A program made the translations under genes and the position numbers. From Rhodoluna sp. (lineage in GTDB: Bacteria > Actinomycetota > Actinomycetes > Actinomycetales > Microbacteriaceae), in contig JAHEGM010000003.1 in the NCBI GenBank assembly GCA_024645105.1, positions 1 to 55,827 of the forward strand: DNA of 55,827 nt, written 5' to 3'. The first letter of the stretch is position 1. Each line of letters starts with the position of its first letter. Shown in pieces: positions 11,300 to 24,584 of the stretch. Under the pieces are notes generated by a model, which was not told where the DNA came from, searched no databases, and saw only the letters and a program-made list of their open reading frames with translations.

Positions 11300-11652
11300 T
11301 TCTTAATAAAACGAATCGAAACCGGGTAGCGGTAAAACTCGCCAAGACTGGCTCTATAGGCAGCGATAATTCTGAAAACAGTCCAGATAATTGGTGGAAC
11401 CCAAAACAGTAGCCAGCCAATAATGCTTATCGCGAGAATGACGTAAAGCAGCACCATCGTGATGCCAAAATTTAGGGACTCGGTCACGTGGTGGCGAATA
11501 AACGGCCCGCGGTCTTTCAAAAACAAGTAGCCAAGCAAGGGTGCAAAAAACTCTAGAACTATGCCTAGCGCATGCACGGCAATTGCCCAGAGCCTTTCCA
11601 GTTCAGGTGAAAGCGGCTCTTGAGGCAATGAGTATGGGTTGTCGGTTGACAC
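11296..11652 (-). CDS. DUF4870 family small membrane protein
   Basis: ERLWAIAVH ... ESLNFGIT ... GEFYRYP pattern; AAGGAG upstream on the minus strand. Confidence 0.8.
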   Translation of the reverse strand: MSTDNPYSLPQEPLSPELERLWAIAVHALGIVLEFFAPLLGYLFLKDRGPFIRHHVTESLNFGITMVLLYVILAISIIGWLLFWVPPIIWTVFRIIAAYRASLGEFYRYPVSIRFIKN

Positions 11653-11708
11653 GAGGGGCTCCTTACTAGCCTGTTTAGCCTATCTATTGCAAATAACAGC
11701 GGGTAATA

Positions 11709-11735
11709 TTGGCACTCAGAGTGTTGGAGTGCTAA
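11709..11735. promoter_or_regulatory. CIRCE operator (HrcA binding site)
   Basis: TTGGCACTC-N9-GAGTGCTAA, one mismatch to TTAGCACTC-N9-GAGTGCTAA, 23 bp upstream of the hrcA ATG. Confidence 0.95.
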
Positions 11736-11758
11736 ACCATAAGACGAGGGGGTGTTGC

Positions 11759-12778
11759 ATGATTCCAGACAGAAGCCTCGAGGTTCTTCGAGCCATCGTG
11801 CAGGACTACATCGCTAGCAAAGAGCCGGTTGGTTCAAAGTCTTTAGTGGAACGCCACTCGTTTGGCGTCTCAGCGGCCACGATCAGAAACGACATGGCGC
11901 TTCTGGAAGAAGAAGACCTGATTCACGCTCCACACACCTCGGCTGGGCGAGTACCAACCGATAAGGGGTACCGGCTATTTGTTGATCGCCTCAATGAGGT
12001 AAAGCCCCTCAATGCGGCTGAGCGTTTGGCCATCGAAAACTTTATGGTTGGCAGTGCCGACTTAGACGAAACCCTAGGTAGAACTGTGCGCCTCTTATCG
12101 CAGCTCACAAATCAAGTGGCCATGGTTCAGTATCCAACTCTGGGCAAAGCCTCGGTTCGTCACGTTGAACTTATTCCAGCGGCAGAGACCAGAGTGTTGA
12201 TGGTATTAATCACCGATAACGGAAGAATTCAACAGCACGTAGTGGACCTTGGTTCTGCGGTTGATGAAGTATTTGTTTCTGAGCTAAGAGCAAAGTTGAA
12301 CTCGGCACTTATTGGCGCGGCACTAACCGAGGTAAATTCAAAAATTAAGTCAGTCACGGCCGGCATGAAGCCGGAGCATCTGAAAATTGCGAATCAAATT
12401 ATCAAGAATTTGCTTGAGCAAGTAGACGCAAATCGTCAAGAAAAAATCATCCTTGCCGGAACAGCAAATCTTGCAAAGCGCGAAGAAGATTTTCCGGGAA
12501 GTATTTCTCCGGTGCTAGAGGCAATTGAAGAACAGGTTGTTTTGCTCAAGCTCATCAGCGAGATGCAGGCAGAACAGCATGGGGTTAGTCTGCGAATTGG
12601 TCGGGAAAACTCATTCGAAGGATTAGCAAATGCTTCGGTGGTTGTGAGCGGATATGAAAACCAAGGCAGCGAGATGGCCAAGTTGGGTGTAATAGGCCCA
12701 ACCAGAATGGACTATTCGTCAAATATTTCAGCGGTTCGAGCCGTTGCCAGATACCTATCAAAAACCTTAGGCAACTAG
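11759..12778 (+). CDS. hrcA: Heat-inducible transcription repressor HrcA (start reassigned to ATG 11759)
   Basis: EPVGSK, SAATIRNDMA, PHTSAGRVPTDKGYR and GPTRMDY motifs; GAGGGGG RBS before 11759. Confidence 0.97.
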   Translation: MIPDRSLEVLRAIVQDYIASKEPVGSKSLVERHSFGVSAATIRNDMALLEEEDLIHAPHTSAGRVPTDKGYRLFVDRLNEVKPLNAAERLAIENFMVGSADLDETLGRTVRLLSQLTNQVAMVQYPTLGKASVRHVELIPAAETRVLMVLITDNGRIQQHVVDLGSAVDEVFVSELRAKLNSALIGAALTEVNSKIKSVTAGMKPEHLKIANQIIKNLLEQVDANRQEKIILAGTANLAKREEDFPGSISPVLEAIEEQVVLLKLISEMQAEQHGVSLRIGRENSFEGLANASVVVSGYENQGSEMAKLGVIGPTRMDYSSNISAVRAVARYLSKTLGN

Positions 12779-12808
12779 GGTTCTGAATTCATTGAAACAG
12801 AGGATTTT

Positions 12809-13894
12809 TTGAGCGATCACTATCAAGCCCTGGGTGTTGCAAGAGATGCAACGGAAGACCAGATTAAAAAGGCTTACCGCAAATTAGCCCGCGAATTACA
12901 CCCCGATGTAAACCCTGCCCCTGAAGCACAGGAGAGATTCAAGGCGGTGACTCACGCCTACGAGGTTTTGAGTGACGCTGGCTCACGACGTCAATACGAC
13001 ATGGGTGGCAATGACCCCTTTGGCGGAGCTGGTTTCGGTGGTTTTGGTGACATCTTTGACACCTTCTTTGGTGGGGGTTCATCTCGTGGCCCACGTTCGC
13101 GCGCCGAGCGCGGCCAGGACGCGCTTATACGCATTGACCTGACCTTGGATGAAGTTATTTTTGGAGTCACAAAAAGTGTTGAGGTAGATACCGCAGTTCT
13201 TTGCGAGACCTGTCAGGGTTCGTGTTGCCGTCCGGGCACTTCAATGGCAACCTGTGACATTTGTGGTGGAGCGGGCCAAATCCAGCGTCAAGTTAGATCT
13301 CTATTAGGCAATGTCGTAACTTCGCAGCCTTGCGGAACCTGTCGAGGGTTTGGTCAGGTTATTCCTGAGCCTTGCATTGACTGCCGTGGTCAGGGCAGAG
13401 TGCGAGCACGGCGCACGATTGATCTAAATATTCCAGCCGGTGTAGAAGACGGACTTCGGTTGCAGTTAACCGGTCAGGGTGAAGTTGGTTTTGCGGGTGG
13501 CCAAAGCGGGGACTTGTATGTAGACATGGCAGTAAAGGAGCACGACGTGTTCGGGCGCCAGGGCGATGACCTAACTTGTGTTCTTGAAGTTCCGCTTCAT
13601 GATGCAGTTCTTGGCTCACTGGCCAAGATTCAAACCTTTGACGGCGAAATTGAAATTGAAGTTGAGCCTGGCATGCAAACCGGCGAAATCATTAATGTCA
13701 AAGGCAAGGGTGTGCAGCACCTGCGATCTAACGGTCGCGGCGATTTGAAAATTAAAATTCAAGTAATTACCCCAACCAAACTTGATTCAAAGCAAAAAGA
13801 AATCTTCAGGTCGCTGGCTGGCCTGCGCAAAGACGAAAGCATAAGACTTCAAAAGCAGAGTCACGGCCGCTTCGCGGGTAAGCGTAAAAACTAA
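12809..13894 (+). CDS. dnaJ: Chaperone DnaJ (DnaJ2 type)
   Basis: J domain with HPD, G/F-rich region, four CxxCxGx(G/C) repeats. Confidence 0.97.
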   Translation: MSDHYQALGVARDATEDQIKKAYRKLARELHPDVNPAPEAQERFKAVTHAYEVLSDAGSRRQYDMGGNDPFGGAGFGGFGDIFDTFFGGGSSRGPRSRAERGQDALIRIDLTLDEVIFGVTKSVEVDTAVLCETCQGSCCRPGTSMATCDICGGAGQIQRQVRSLLGNVVTSQPCGTCRGFGQVIPEPCIDCRGQGRVRARRTIDLNIPAGVEDGLRLQLTGQGEVGFAGGQSGDLYVDMAVKEHDVFGRQGDDLTCVLEVPLHDAVLGSLAKIQTFDGEIEIEVEPGMQTGEIINVKGKGVQHLRSNGRGDLKIKIQVITPTKLDSKQKEIFRSLAGLRKDESIRLQKQSHGRFAGKRKN

Positions 13895-13896
13895 AA

Positions 13897-14643
13897 ATGG
13901 TTGAACCAATGTTCACTCGAGTTTTCGAGTCACCGGTTGAAGTTGGCGCTGTGATTGACCTGACTGGTCCAGAGGCAAAGCACGCTGTTTCCGTTCGAAG
14001 AATGCGAACCGGCGAAGCTATTCAATTAACCAATAAAACTGGTTTGCGAGTGCGAGGGTCAGTTGAATCAATTATTGGTAACACCCTCCACGTCAGAGTT
14101 GAATCGGTGGAACAAGAGCAAATTCCGCAATTTCAATTAACTTTGGTGCAGGCGCTGGCCAAAGGTGACCGAGACGAGCTAGCGATTCAGGCGGCTACCG
14201 AGCTTGGGGTCATGGCTGTTATTCCTTGGGAAGCCGATAGGTCAGTTAGCCGGTGGATTGGCATAAAAGAGGCCAAGGGCGTTGAGCGCTGGCAAAGTAT
14301 CGTCACGGAAGCTGCTAAACAATCATTGAGTGTTTGGCATCCAAAAGTAGACGCTCCTATAAAGAGTGTTCAAGTCGCCCAACTGGTTGACGCCTATGAC
14401 GCGGTTTTGGTACTTGATCCCACAGCAGAAAAAGGAATTGGTTCAACAAACCTGCCAAGTTCGGGGACTGTGGCATTTGTAGTTGGCCCAGAAGGCGGCA
14501 TTAGCGACCTTGAGCTAGAGGCTTTAGAAAAAGCTGGAGCGGTTCGAGTGAACCTGGGTACACCTATTCTTAGGACTTCAACAGCCGGGGTAGCGGCAAT
14601 CTCCGCGATCCTTGCTCTGACCGGGCGTTGGGGCTCAAAGTAG
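13897..14643 (+). CDS. rsmE: 16S rRNA m3U1498 methyltransferase
   Basis: ATELG, EAAKQS, GPEGG and ILRTSTAG SPOUT motifs. Confidence 0.95.
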   Translation: MVEPMFTRVFESPVEVGAVIDLTGPEAKHAVSVRRMRTGEAIQLTNKTGLRVRGSVESIIGNTLHVRVESVEQEQIPQFQLTLVQALAKGDRDELAIQAATELGVMAVIPWEADRSVSRWIGIKEAKGVERWQSIVTEAAKQSLSVWHPKVDAPIKSVQVAQLVDAYDAVLVLDPTAEKGIGSTNLPSSGTVAFVVGPEGGISDLELEALEKAGAVRVNLGTPILRTSTAGVAAISAILALTGRWGSK

Positions 14644-15005
14644 ACTCAGTGCTGGAGGAAAAATTGATCAACCCTGACTGCATATTTTGCAGAATTGCAA
14701 GCAAAGACATCCAGGCAAACCTGGTCGCCGAGACAGAGCTTTCACTTGCCTTTTGGGATATCTCGCCGCGACAGCCAATACATATTTTGGTTATACCCAA
14801 AAACCACCATGCAAACATTGCAGAGCTAACCATGAACTCTCCGGAGCAGCTAGTTGACTTGATGCAATTAGGCACTCAAATTGCTCTTGAGAAGTCAACC
14901 GGCTCATTCAGGCTAAGTTTCAATACCGGCGAAGAGGCAGGTCAAACCGTTTTTCACGCTCATGGTCACATCACCAGTCGCACACCAAAGGATCAGATTG
15001 CCTAA
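14628..15005 (+). CDS. HIT family nucleotide hydrolase (start uncertain)
   Basis: DCIFCRI, HILVIPK and AGQTVFHAHGH histidine triad. Confidence 0.93.
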   Translation: MGLKVDSVLEEKLINPDCIFCRIASKDIQANLVAETELSLAFWDISPRQPIHILVIPKNHHANIAELTMNSPEQLVDLMQLGTQIALEKSTGSFRLSFNTGEEAGQTVFHAHGHITSRTPKDQIA

Positions 15006-16011
15006 TTCAGCAAAGAAATCTGGAGACAAAAAGTCAGTAACTGAAAAGCTACAGGTTGTTGGCGTTCCAATGGTTGCACTGTTTGGCACTGAAGACCGTC
15101 TTTTGAAAACCCTTGAGCAGACTTATCCAGATGTTGAAGTGCACGCGCGCGGCAATGAAGTAGTTCTAAAGGGCCCAGCGGCCCATGTTGTTGAGGCTAA
15201 AAAATTAATTGAAGAAATGGTTGCCCTCATAGCAAACGGCCAAAATCTTGCTCCACAGGATTTAACCAGGTCGGCGAAAATGATTGAGTCAGAGCTACGT
15301 CCAGCAGATGTGCTAAGTCAAAGCATTTTAAGCTCAAGAGGTAAAAGCATTCGGCCTAAAACCTTGGGTCAAAAGAAATATGTTGATGCCATTGATGAGG
15401 CCACTATTGTTTTTGGAATTGGTCCCGCAGGAACCGGAAAGACTTATCTTGCGATGGCAAAGGCAGTGCAAGCTCTGCAGCGCAAAGAAATCAGCAGAAT
15501 TATTTTGACCAGACCGGCTGTTGAAGCTGGTGAACGTTTAGGTTTTTTGCCGGGCACACTTAACGACAAAATAGATCCGTATCTGCGACCGCTCTTTGAT
15601 GCTCTGCACGAGATGCTAGAGCCGGAATCAATTCCAAAGTTATTAGCAGCGGGAACTATTGAGGTTGCTCCGCTGGCGTACATGCGCGGCCGCACATTGA
15701 ATGACTCCTTCATAATTCTTGATGAGGCGCAGAACACAACCCCAGAGCAGATGAAAATGTTTCTGACCAGGTTGGGGTTTAATTCAAAGATGGTCGTAAC
15801 CGGAGACATAACTCAGATTGATTTACCAACAGGATCCTCTGGGCTGAGAACAGCAGTTGAGGTCTTGTCAAAGGTCGAGGGAATGCATTTTGCAACCTTG
15901 ACCTCAGAAGATGTGGTGCGTCACTCACTGGTTGCAAAAATTGTTGATGCTTACAGTAAGTATGAAGATAAAAAAGCTGCAGTTACAAAGTCTTCGAACA
16001 AGGCGCGCTGA
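14998..16011 (+). CDS. phoH: PhoH family ATPase (start reassigned to TTG 14998)
   Basis: [29 protein letters not shown] and DEAQN motifs; AAGGA before the TTG. Confidence 0.95.
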   Translation: MPNSAKKSGDKKSVTEKLQVVGVPMVALFGTEDRLLKTLEQTYPDVEVHARGNEVVLKGPAAHVVEAKKLIEEMVALIANGQNLAPQDLTRSAKMIESELRPADVLSQSILSSRGKSIRPKTLGQKKYVDAIDEATIVFGIGPAGTGKTYLAMAKAVQALQRKEISRIILTRPAVEAGERLGFLPGTLNDKIDPYLRPLFDALHEMLEPESIPKLLAAGTIEVAPLAYMRGRTLNDSFIILDEAQNTTPEQMKMFLTRLGFNSKMVVTGDITQIDLPTGSSGLRTAVEVLSKVEGMHFATLTSEDVVRHSLVAKIVDAYSKYEDKKAAVTKSSNKAR

Positions 16012-16472
16012 TGACTATTGAGATAAACAACGAATCAACCATTGAGGTTGACGAGCAAAGAGTTTTACGTCTTGCCCAGTTTGCTTTTGCAGAATTGCAC
16101 ATTCATCCAAAAACCGAATTGGCCATTCAATTCGTAGATGAACCTGCAATGGAAGTTTTGCACATTCAGTGGATGGACGAGCCGGGCCCAACTGATGTCC
16201 TAAGTTTTCCTATGGATGAACTAAGACCAGGTTCAGAGGGCGAAATCACGCCCGCTGGTCTGCTTGGCGATATCGTGGTGTGCCCTCAGGTTGCCATCAA
16301 GCAGGCTTCTGCGGCCGGGCATGAGCCGATCAACGAAATTCTTCTGCTCACAACTCACGGCATCTTGCACCTATTGGGCTTTGATCACGCCGAGCCAGAT
16401 GATGAAAAAGAGATGTTTGGTCTTCAAAAATCCATTTTGGATAGTTTTTACAACAGCGAGACTGGGGAATAG
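16011..16472 (+). CDS. ybeY: Endoribonuclease YbeY
   Basis: PTDVLSFP and HGILHLLGFDH motifs. Confidence 0.97.
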   Translation: MTIEINNESTIEVDEQRVLRLAQFAFAELHIHPKTELAIQFVDEPAMEVLHIQWMDEPGPTDVLSFPMDELRPGSEGEITPAGLLGDIVVCPQVAIKQASAAGHEPINEILLLTTHGILHLLGFDHAEPDDEKEMFGLQKSILDSFYNSETGE

Positions 16473-17603
16473 TTGATAGGACTAGCCCTATGGATTGCAG
16501 CTTTGTTAGCAATTTTCACCACGCTAACTGCAGTTGTGAAGGCCGCCCTCGAGGTTGAGGAATCGGCTAAGGCTGAATCACTCAGCTTTGTTAGGTTGGC
16601 ACTCACTGGTGTTTTTGGCGTTGTTGCAGGGCAGGCCCTGGCCCCGGTTGAGGTTGCCTGGTACTTTTCGGCAATCATCTCAACGCTCATGATGGTTGCG
16701 CTGCTTTTTGGTTCGCAGTTCGCAGCGGCAAGACTCGGCCACCATTCATTTGGTCAACGTTTGTTGAAAATAACCCGTGGACCGGTTGATTCAATCCACC
16801 TTTTATTTACGCCAATCTCGCTACCGAAATTAGATGTACCAGAGGAGTTTGAGCAGGAACTGCTTGACTCTGTCGAGGAGTTTGGTGAAACCATAGTTCG
16901 AGAAATCATGGTTCCTCGTATTGACATGGCCACCGTAGTTGCAGATTCAACACTTTCGAAAGCCATGAGCGTATTTCTGAGTCGTGGTTATTCAAGATTG
17001 CCGGTGATTGGTAAAAACATCGATGACATCAGCGGAATTTTGTATTTGAAAGATGTGGCTAGAATCCTCCACGAATCACCATCAAAGATGGACACAACGC
17101 TGGCCGGCGAAATATCCAGACCGGTAATTTATGTTCCCGAATCCAAACCCGTAGATGATCTGCTGCGAGACATGCAGCTAAGTTCCACCCACATCGCCGT
17201 AATCGTTGACGAGTACGGCGGAGTTGCCGGTCTGGCAACCATGGAAGACGTAATTGAAGAAATTGTTGGTGAGATTAGCGATGAATATGATCGCGAAGTT
17301 CCCGACGTCGACGAACTAGGCGACGGGCGCTACCGAGTAAACGCTCGCTTCTCACTTGCGGAGCTTGGTGAACTCTTTGAATTGGAACTTGAAGATGAAG
17401 ACGTAGACAGCATTGGCGGACTATTCACAAAGCAGCTCGGCAGATTGCCTAGCAAGGGTGACGAGGTCTCTGTGGCGGGCCTTGTGATCTCTGCGGATCG
17501 AATCGAAGGTCGCAGAAAGCGACTAATTACCGTAATCATCAAAAAAGATGAAAATTTGGCTGACGCCCAGTCTGCCTTTGAGCAACTGGAACCGGAGAAG
17601 TAA
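16473..17603 (+). CDS. Hemolysin/CorC family protein (TM + CBS pair + CorC domain)
   Basis: VREIMVPRIDM, YSRLPV and VDEYGGVAGLATMEDVIEEIVGEISDE motifs. Confidence 0.9.
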   Translation: MIGLALWIAALLAIFTTLTAVVKAALEVEESAKAESLSFVRLALTGVFGVVAGQALAPVEVAWYFSAIISTLMMVALLFGSQFAAARLGHHSFGQRLLKITRGPVDSIHLLFTPISLPKLDVPEEFEQELLDSVEEFGETIVREIMVPRIDMATVVADSTLSKAMSVFLSRGYSRLPVIGKNIDDISGILYLKDVARILHESPSKMDTTLAGEISRPVIYVPESKPVDDLLRDMQLSSTHIAVIVDEYGGVAGLATMEDVIEEIVGEISDEYDREVPDVDELGDGRYRVNARFSLAELGELFELELEDEDVDSIGGLFTKQLGRLPSKGDEVSVAGLVISADRIEGRRKRLITVIIKKDENLADAQSAFEQLEPEK

Positions 17604-18508
17604 TGTCTGAAATTGAATCAGTGCAACATAGATCAGGCTTTGCCTCGTTTGTTGGTCGCCCCAATGTAGGCAAGTCAACACTCACGAATGCTCTTGTAGG
17701 TGAAAAAATTGCGATAACCAGCGCAAAACCACAGACCACCAGAAGAGCAATTCGTGGAATCGTTCATCGTGACTACGGGCAGCTAATTTTAGTTGACACT
17801 CCGGGGCTTCACCGGCCGCGCACCTTGCTGGGGCAGCGACTCAATGATTTGGTTGAGCAGACCTTGGGTGATGTTGACGTAATTGGATTTTGCATTCCGG
17901 CAAATGAAAAAATCGGCCCTGGTGACCAGTTCATCAACGAACAGTTGAGTGAATTTAGAAGAGCCAAGCTTGTTGCAGTTGTCACAAAGTGTGAATTGGT
18001 TTCTCCAGAAGCTCTGGCTGCGCAGCTTTTAGCGGTTTCTGAACTTCGTAATTGGCAGGCAATCGTGCCAGTGTCTGCGGTAACCGAGGACCAACTTGAG
18101 GTGCTCACGAAAGTTTTGATTGACCTAACTCCAGTTTCGCCGGCTCTGTATCCTGCAGATGCCGTTACCGATGAGTCAATCGAAGCGCGCATTTGCGAGC
18201 TAATTAGAGAGGCCACTCTTGAGGGGGTTCGCGATGAATTGCCCCACTCGATCGCCGTGACTATTGATGAGATTTCAAAACGAAAAGACAAGGATCTGAC
18301 TGACATCCACGCAAACATCTTTGTGGAGCGTGACAGCCAGAAGGGAATCATTATTGGGCACCGCGGTTCGAGACTGATTGATGTGGGCAAGCGCGCCAGG
18401 CTAGAAATTGAGAAGTTGATAGGGCACAAGGTGTTTTTGGGCCTTCGGGTCAAAGTTGCCTCTGAGTGGCAACGAGACCCAAAGCAGCTTGGAAAGCTTG
18501 GTTTCTAG
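17603..18508 (+). CDS. era: GTPase Era
   Basis: GRPNVGKST, QTTR, DTPG and SQKGIIIG (KH domain) motifs. Confidence 0.97.
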   Translation: MSEIESVQHRSGFASFVGRPNVGKSTLTNALVGEKIAITSAKPQTTRRAIRGIVHRDYGQLILVDTPGLHRPRTLLGQRLNDLVEQTLGDVDVIGFCIPANEKIGPGDQFINEQLSEFRRAKLVAVVTKCELVSPEALAAQLLAVSELRNWQAIVPVSAVTEDQLEVLTKVLIDLTPVSPALYPADAVTDESIEARICELIREATLEGVRDELPHSIAVTIDEISKRKDKDLTDIHANIFVERDSQKGIIIGHRGSRLIDVGKRARLEIEKLIGHKVFLGLRVKVASEWQRDPKQLGKLGF

Positions 18509-18551
18509 GCCGCGCTTTGTTTTTAGGGCGGTTAGGGCCTAGTCTAAAAAC

Positions 18552-18575
18552 GTGTTCTTCGGTCTACTACTTAGT

Positions 18576-18593
<18 letters not shown>
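18552..18593 (+). CDS. Leu-rich leader peptide of leuA (LEU element), MFFGLLLSGRGEA
   Basis: GTG TTC TTC GGT CTA CTA CTT AGT GGC CGC GGC GAG GCC TAA; three tandem Leu codons; -10-like TAGTCT 6 nt upstream. Confidence 0.85.
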
Positions 18594-20393
<1,800 letters not shown>

Positions 20394-20453
20394 ATTCCAA
20401 AAGTATCGGCCCCGTTCAAGCTAAACACTTGGATTGGGGCCGATACTTATTTG

Positions 20454-21179
20454 GTGCCCCTATATAAAGACGAAGCAGTGGTTCTTAGAACTCACAAGTT
20501 GGGTGAAGCCGACCGCATCGTCACACTCCTCTCCAGGTACAACGGTCAAGTTCGCGCCGTTGCCAAAGGTGTGCGCAGAACGGCCTCAAAGTTTGGTGCT
20601 CGTCTGGAACCATTCATGGTCGCTGAAATTCAGTTTTACGAGGGTAGAAATCTTGATGTCGTCAATCAAGTAGAAACAATAAGTTCCTACGGGCGCGAAA
20701 TCATCGAAGACTATAGGACCTACACCGCAGCCACGGCGATGGTAGAAACGGCCGAAAAATTAACCGGAGAGGATTCTTCGCCGCAACAGTACTTGCTGTT
20801 GGTAGGTGCGCTCAGGTCGCTGGCTAATAAAGAACACGATGCATCACTTGTTTTGGATTCCTATTTACTCAGAGCATTGGCCATCGCCGGTTGGGCGCCA
20901 AATTTTGGCGACTGCAGCAGGTGTGGTGAGGTCGGCCCGCATCAGGCCTTTGTAATGCAACTTGGTGGCGTGGTGTGTAGAGATTGCCGCCCGGCGGGAG
21001 CCGCCGTCATTGATCCGCTTACCGGCGAACTATTGGGTGCGCTGCTTACCGGTGACTGGGAAATCGCAGATAACTCAACAGAAAACATTCGCGCCTCGGC
21101 ATCAGGTATCGTTGCTGCGTATAGCCAGTGGCACATTGAACGAGGCCTGAAATCACTTCAACACGTGGAGCGCGAATGA
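20454..21179 (+). CDS. recO: DNA repair protein RecO
   Basis: [30 protein letters not shown], Zn-finger CxxC...CxxC. Confidence 0.96.
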   Translation: MPLYKDEAVVLRTHKLGEADRIVTLLSRYNGQVRAVAKGVRRTASKFGARLEPFMVAEIQFYEGRNLDVVNQVETISSYGREIIEDYRTYTAATAMVETAEKLTGEDSSPQQYLLLVGALRSLANKEHDASLVLDSYLLRALAIAGWAPNFGDCSRCGEVGPHQAFVMQLGGVVCRDCRPAGAAVIDPLTGELLGALLTGDWEIADNSTENIRASASGIVAAYSQWHIERGLKSLQHVERE

Positions 21180-21961
21180 CCAAGCTGCAGCCGGTAAAAA
21201 AGCCGGGACTCAAAATGCCAAAGTTTGCTTCGGGCACAGTTCCGCAGCACATTGCAATAGTGATGGACGGCAACGGCAGGTGGGCTAACGCCAAAGGCCT
21301 GACTCGCATTGAGGGTCACAAGGCTGGCGAGGCCGCCCTTTTAGAAGTGGTCGCTGGAGCGATTGAAGCCGGGGTCAAGTATTTGACCGTTTACGCATTC
21401 TCAACCGAGAACTGGAAGCGCTCACCCGAGGAAGTGAAATTTCTCATGGGATTCAATCGCGAGGTGCTTAGGTCTAGACGTGATCAGCTAAATGCCTGGG
21501 GAGTCAGAATTCGTTGGGCAGGTCGCCGACCTCGGCTTTGGCTATCGGTGATTGACGAACTAAAGGCTGCCGAAAAGCTAACCGCAAAAAATAAAACTTT
21601 GACTCTAACCATGTGTGTAAATTACGGGTCAAGAATTGAAATGGTTGACGCGGTCAACGCAATGGCTTTCGACATCAAGGCAGGAAAACTGAAGCCCGGT
21701 GCGATTTCAGAAAAGACCATGCAGCGTTATCTGAACACCAACTACCTGCCAGATGTAGATCTGTTTTTGCGTAGTTCAGGGGAGCAGCGAACCTCAAACT
21801 TCTTGCTGTGGCAGTCTGCCTATGCCGAATTTGTGTTCATGGACACCCTTTGGCCTGATTTTGACCGAACATCGCTGTGGCAGGCAATTTCTCACTACCA
21901 GGGCCGCAATCGCCGCTTTGGTGGGGCAGTAGACAAGCCAAAACGCGCCTCGTCAAAGTAG
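21176..21961 (+). CDS. uppS: cis-Isoprenyl transferase (UppS family)
   Basis: [21 protein letters not shown] and [15 protein letters not shown] motifs. Confidence 0.95.
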   Translation: MTKLQPVKKPGLKMPKFASGTVPQHIAIVMDGNGRWANAKGLTRIEGHKAGEAALLEVVAGAIEAGVKYLTVYAFSTENWKRSPEEVKFLMGFNREVLRSRRDQLNAWGVRIRWAGRRPRLWLSVIDELKAAEKLTAKNKTLTLTMCVNYGSRIEMVDAVNAMAFDIKAGKLKPGAISEKTMQRYLNTNYLPDVDLFLRSSGEQRTSNFLLWQSAYAEFVFMDTLWPDFDRTSLWQAISHYQGRNRRFGGAVDKPKRASSK

Positions 21962-22012
21962 ACTGGGAACTTCGAACAAGTACCAGGCATCCAGCTTGGG
22001 CAAGGAGTTTAA

Positions 22013-23392
22013 GTGGCTACCCCAAATCGTCTAGATTCAGTTATTTCTCTAGCAAAGCGCCGTGGATTCGTATTCCAGGCTGGCGAGATCTACGGCGGAA
22101 GCCGTTCCGCATGGGACTACGGACCCCTCGGAGTTGAACTCAAAGAGAACATCAAGCGTCAGTGGTGGCGCACCATGGTTCAAAGCCGCGAAGACATCGT
22201 TGGCCTTGACTCATCGGTTATTCTTCCTCGCAAAGTCTGGGAAGCCTCAGGGCACGTAAGAGAATTCTCAGACCCACTGATTGAGTGCACCGCTTGCCAC
22301 AAGCGTTTTCGCCAAGACCACCTCGAAGAAGCCTTCGAAGATAAAAAAGGCCGAGCACCAGAATCAATGAATGACATTGCCTGCCCTAACTGTGGCGGCA
22401 AGAACTCATGGACAGAGCCAAAAGCCTTCAATGGCTTGCTGCAGACATTTCTTGGTCCGGTAGCTGCCGAAGAAGGCTTGCACTACCTAAGGCCAGAAAC
22501 CGCACAGGGTATCTTCGTGAATTTTGCAAATGTGCTCGGCGCCTCGCGCATGAAGCCCCCATTTGGTATTGGTCAGATTGGTAAGTCTTTCCGCAACGAA
22601 ATCACTCCAGGAAACTTCATCTTCAGAACTCGTGAGTTTGAGCAGATGGAGATGGAATTCTTTGTTGAACCAGGAACCGATGAAGAGTGGCATGACTACT
22701 GGATCGAACAGCGCATGAACTGGTACACCGATCTAGGCATCAACCCAGACAACCTGCGTATCTTCGAGCACCCAAAGGAAAAACTCTCGCACTATTCAAA
22801 GCGAACCGTGGACATCGAGTACAAGTTTGGTTTCCCTGGCAGTGAGTTTGGTGAACTAGAGGGTATTGCAAACCGAACCGACTTTGATCTCACTACCCAC
22901 TCTCGTGAATCGGGAACTGACCTCAGCTACTTTGATCAGAACAAGAACGAGCGTTGGACTCCATACGTTATCGAGCCAGCCGCTGGTCTGACAAGATCAC
23001 TGATGGCATTTTTGGTGGATGCATATGCTGAGGATGAGGCTCCAAACACCAAGGGTGGGGTTGATGTTAGAACGGTACTGCGCCTGGACTACCGCCTAGC
23101 GCCCATTAAGGCTGCAATCCTTCCGCTTTCTAGAAACGAAGATTTGTCGCCGGTTGCAAGAAACCTCGCACAAGAATTGCGTGGCTATTGGAACATTGAT
23201 TTTGATGATTCAGGTGCGATTGGTCGCCGATACCGTCGTCAAGACGAAATTGGTACGCCATTCTGTGTAACCGTTGACTTCGAGACCCTTGATGATCAAG
23301 CGGTTACCGTTCGTGAACGCGACACCATGCAGCAAGAGCGTGTGGCACTTGGCAAGTTGCGTGAATACCTAGGCGCCAAGCTCGTTTCCTAA
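22013..23392 (+). CDS. glyQS: Glycine--tRNA ligase (alpha2 type)
   Basis: [31 protein letters not shown] and [14 protein letters not shown] motifs. Confidence 0.98.
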   Translation: MATPNRLDSVISLAKRRGFVFQAGEIYGGSRSAWDYGPLGVELKENIKRQWWRTMVQSREDIVGLDSSVILPRKVWEASGHVREFSDPLIECTACHKRFRQDHLEEAFEDKKGRAPESMNDIACPNCGGKNSWTEPKAFNGLLQTFLGPVAAEEGLHYLRPETAQGIFVNFANVLGASRMKPPFGIGQIGKSFRNEITPGNFIFRTREFEQMEMEFFVEPGTDEEWHDYWIEQRMNWYTDLGINPDNLRIFEHPKEKLSHYSKRTVDIEYKFGFPGSEFGELEGIANRTDFDLTTHSRESGTDLSYFDQNKNERWTPYVIEPAAGLTRSLMAFLVDAYAEDEAPNTKGGVDVRTVLRLDYRLAPIKAAILPLSRNEDLSPVARNLAQELRGYWNIDFDDSGAIGRRYRRQDEIGTPFCVTVDFETLDDQAVTVRERDTMQQERVALGKLREYLGAKLVS

Positions 23393-23405
23393 AAACGGAA
23401 CATAC

Positions 23406-24584
23406 ATGACAGAGCTAAGCACAAAACCTGCGTTGCAATACGGCAAGATTGCCATCGCGACGCCGGTTGTGCTTGCTCCTATGGCCGGCATTACAAACAC
23501 CGCGTTTCGAAGACTGTGTCGTGAGTTTGGCGGTGGACTATACGTTTCTGAGATGGTGACATCCAGAGCGTTGGTTGAAAGAACAGAAGAGTCCCTTCGA
23601 CTAGTTGGCCACCACTCTTCAGAAGAGATTAGGTCCGTTCAACTTTACGGAGTTGACCCAAAAACTATCGCTGAGGCCGTCACAATGTTGGTAGCCGAGG
23701 ATCGGGCAGATCACATTGACCTAAATTTTGGTTGCCCAGTTCCAAAGGTCACCAGAAAAGGTGGCGGTGCCGCATTGCCGTGGAAGCAAGACTTGTTCTC
23801 TTCCATCGTGAACGCGGCGGTTAAGGCTGCAGGCGAGATTCCATTGACCATCAAGATGCGCAAGGGCATTGACGCCGATCACCTTACCTATATAGAAGCC
23901 GGCAAAGCAGCCAGAGATGCCGGAGTCACTGCGGTTGCGCTACACGGCAGAACAGCTGCCGATTACTATTCAGGCCAGGCCGACTGGTCAGCAATCGCAA
24001 AGCTTCGGGAAGCCCTGCCTGATGTTCAGGTGCTTGGCAACGGAGATATTTGGTCTGCCGGCGACGCAATTCGCATGATGCGCGAAACCGGAGTAGACGG
24101 CGTGGTTGTTGGTCGAGGCTGCTTGGGAAGACCGTGGCTGTTTGGCGATTTGCAGTCTGCCTTTGACGAGTATCTTAAAAACCCAAACTCCAACGCGGCA
24201 ATTAATCCAATCCAGCCAAATCTGGGTGAGGTGGCCGATGCCTTTAAGCGCCACGCAGAATTGCTCGTTGAATTTTTCGAAAGTGAAATGCATGCCTGCC
24301 GCGATATTCGCAAGCATGTGGCCTGGTATTTCAAGGGCTACCCAGTTGGGGGAGAGTTCCGCGCTTCACTTTCGCAGGTTGAATCCCTTACACACATGGA
24401 TGATATTCTTGGAACCCTTGAACGCACTCAACCGTATCCTGGCGAAGAGGCCGAGGGTCCACGCGGTCGATTAGGCGGCGCAAAGGTATGTGCCCTGCCA
24501 GAAAATTGGTTGCAGTCGCGTGAGTTGATGGGCGATCAAAGAAAAGTGCTTCAAGAAGCAGAGCTGGGAGTGTCTGGCGGCTAA
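23406..24584 (+). CDS. dusB: tRNA dihydrouridine synthase
   Basis: LAPMAG, DLNFGCPVPK, HGRT, GNGDI and GRGCLGRPW motifs. Confidence 0.95.
   Translation: MTELSTKPALQYGKIAIATPVVLAPMAGITNTAFRRLCREFGGGLYVSEMVTSRALVERTEESLRLVGHHSSEEIRSVQLYGVDPKTIAEAVTMLVAEDRADHIDLNFGCPVPKVTRKGGGAALPWKQDLFSSIVNAAVKAAGEIPLTIKMRKGIDADHLTYIEAGKAARDAGVTAVALHGRTAADYYSGQADWSAIAKLREALPDVQVLGNGDIWSAGDAIRMMRETGVDGVVVGRGCLGRPWLFGDLQSAFDEYLKNPNSNAAINPIQPNLGEVADAFKRHAELLVEFFESEMHACRDIRKHVAWYFKGYPVGGEFRASLSQVESLTHMDDILGTLERTQPYPGEEAEGPRGRLGGAKVCALPENWLQSRELMGDQRKVLQEAELGVSGG

Noticed and set aside
11639-11758. ORF-track N-terminal extension of HrcA
   Set aside because: Runs through CIRCE and overlaps the DUF4870 start; HrcA-like sequence begins at ATG 11759
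13200-13230. DnaJ first zinc motif CETCQGSCC deviates from CxxCxGxG
   Set aside because: Zinc-ligand cysteines are intact; a minor variant
17809-18453. 214-aa minus-strand ORF
   Set aside because: Antisense shadow entirely within era, with no recognisable motifs
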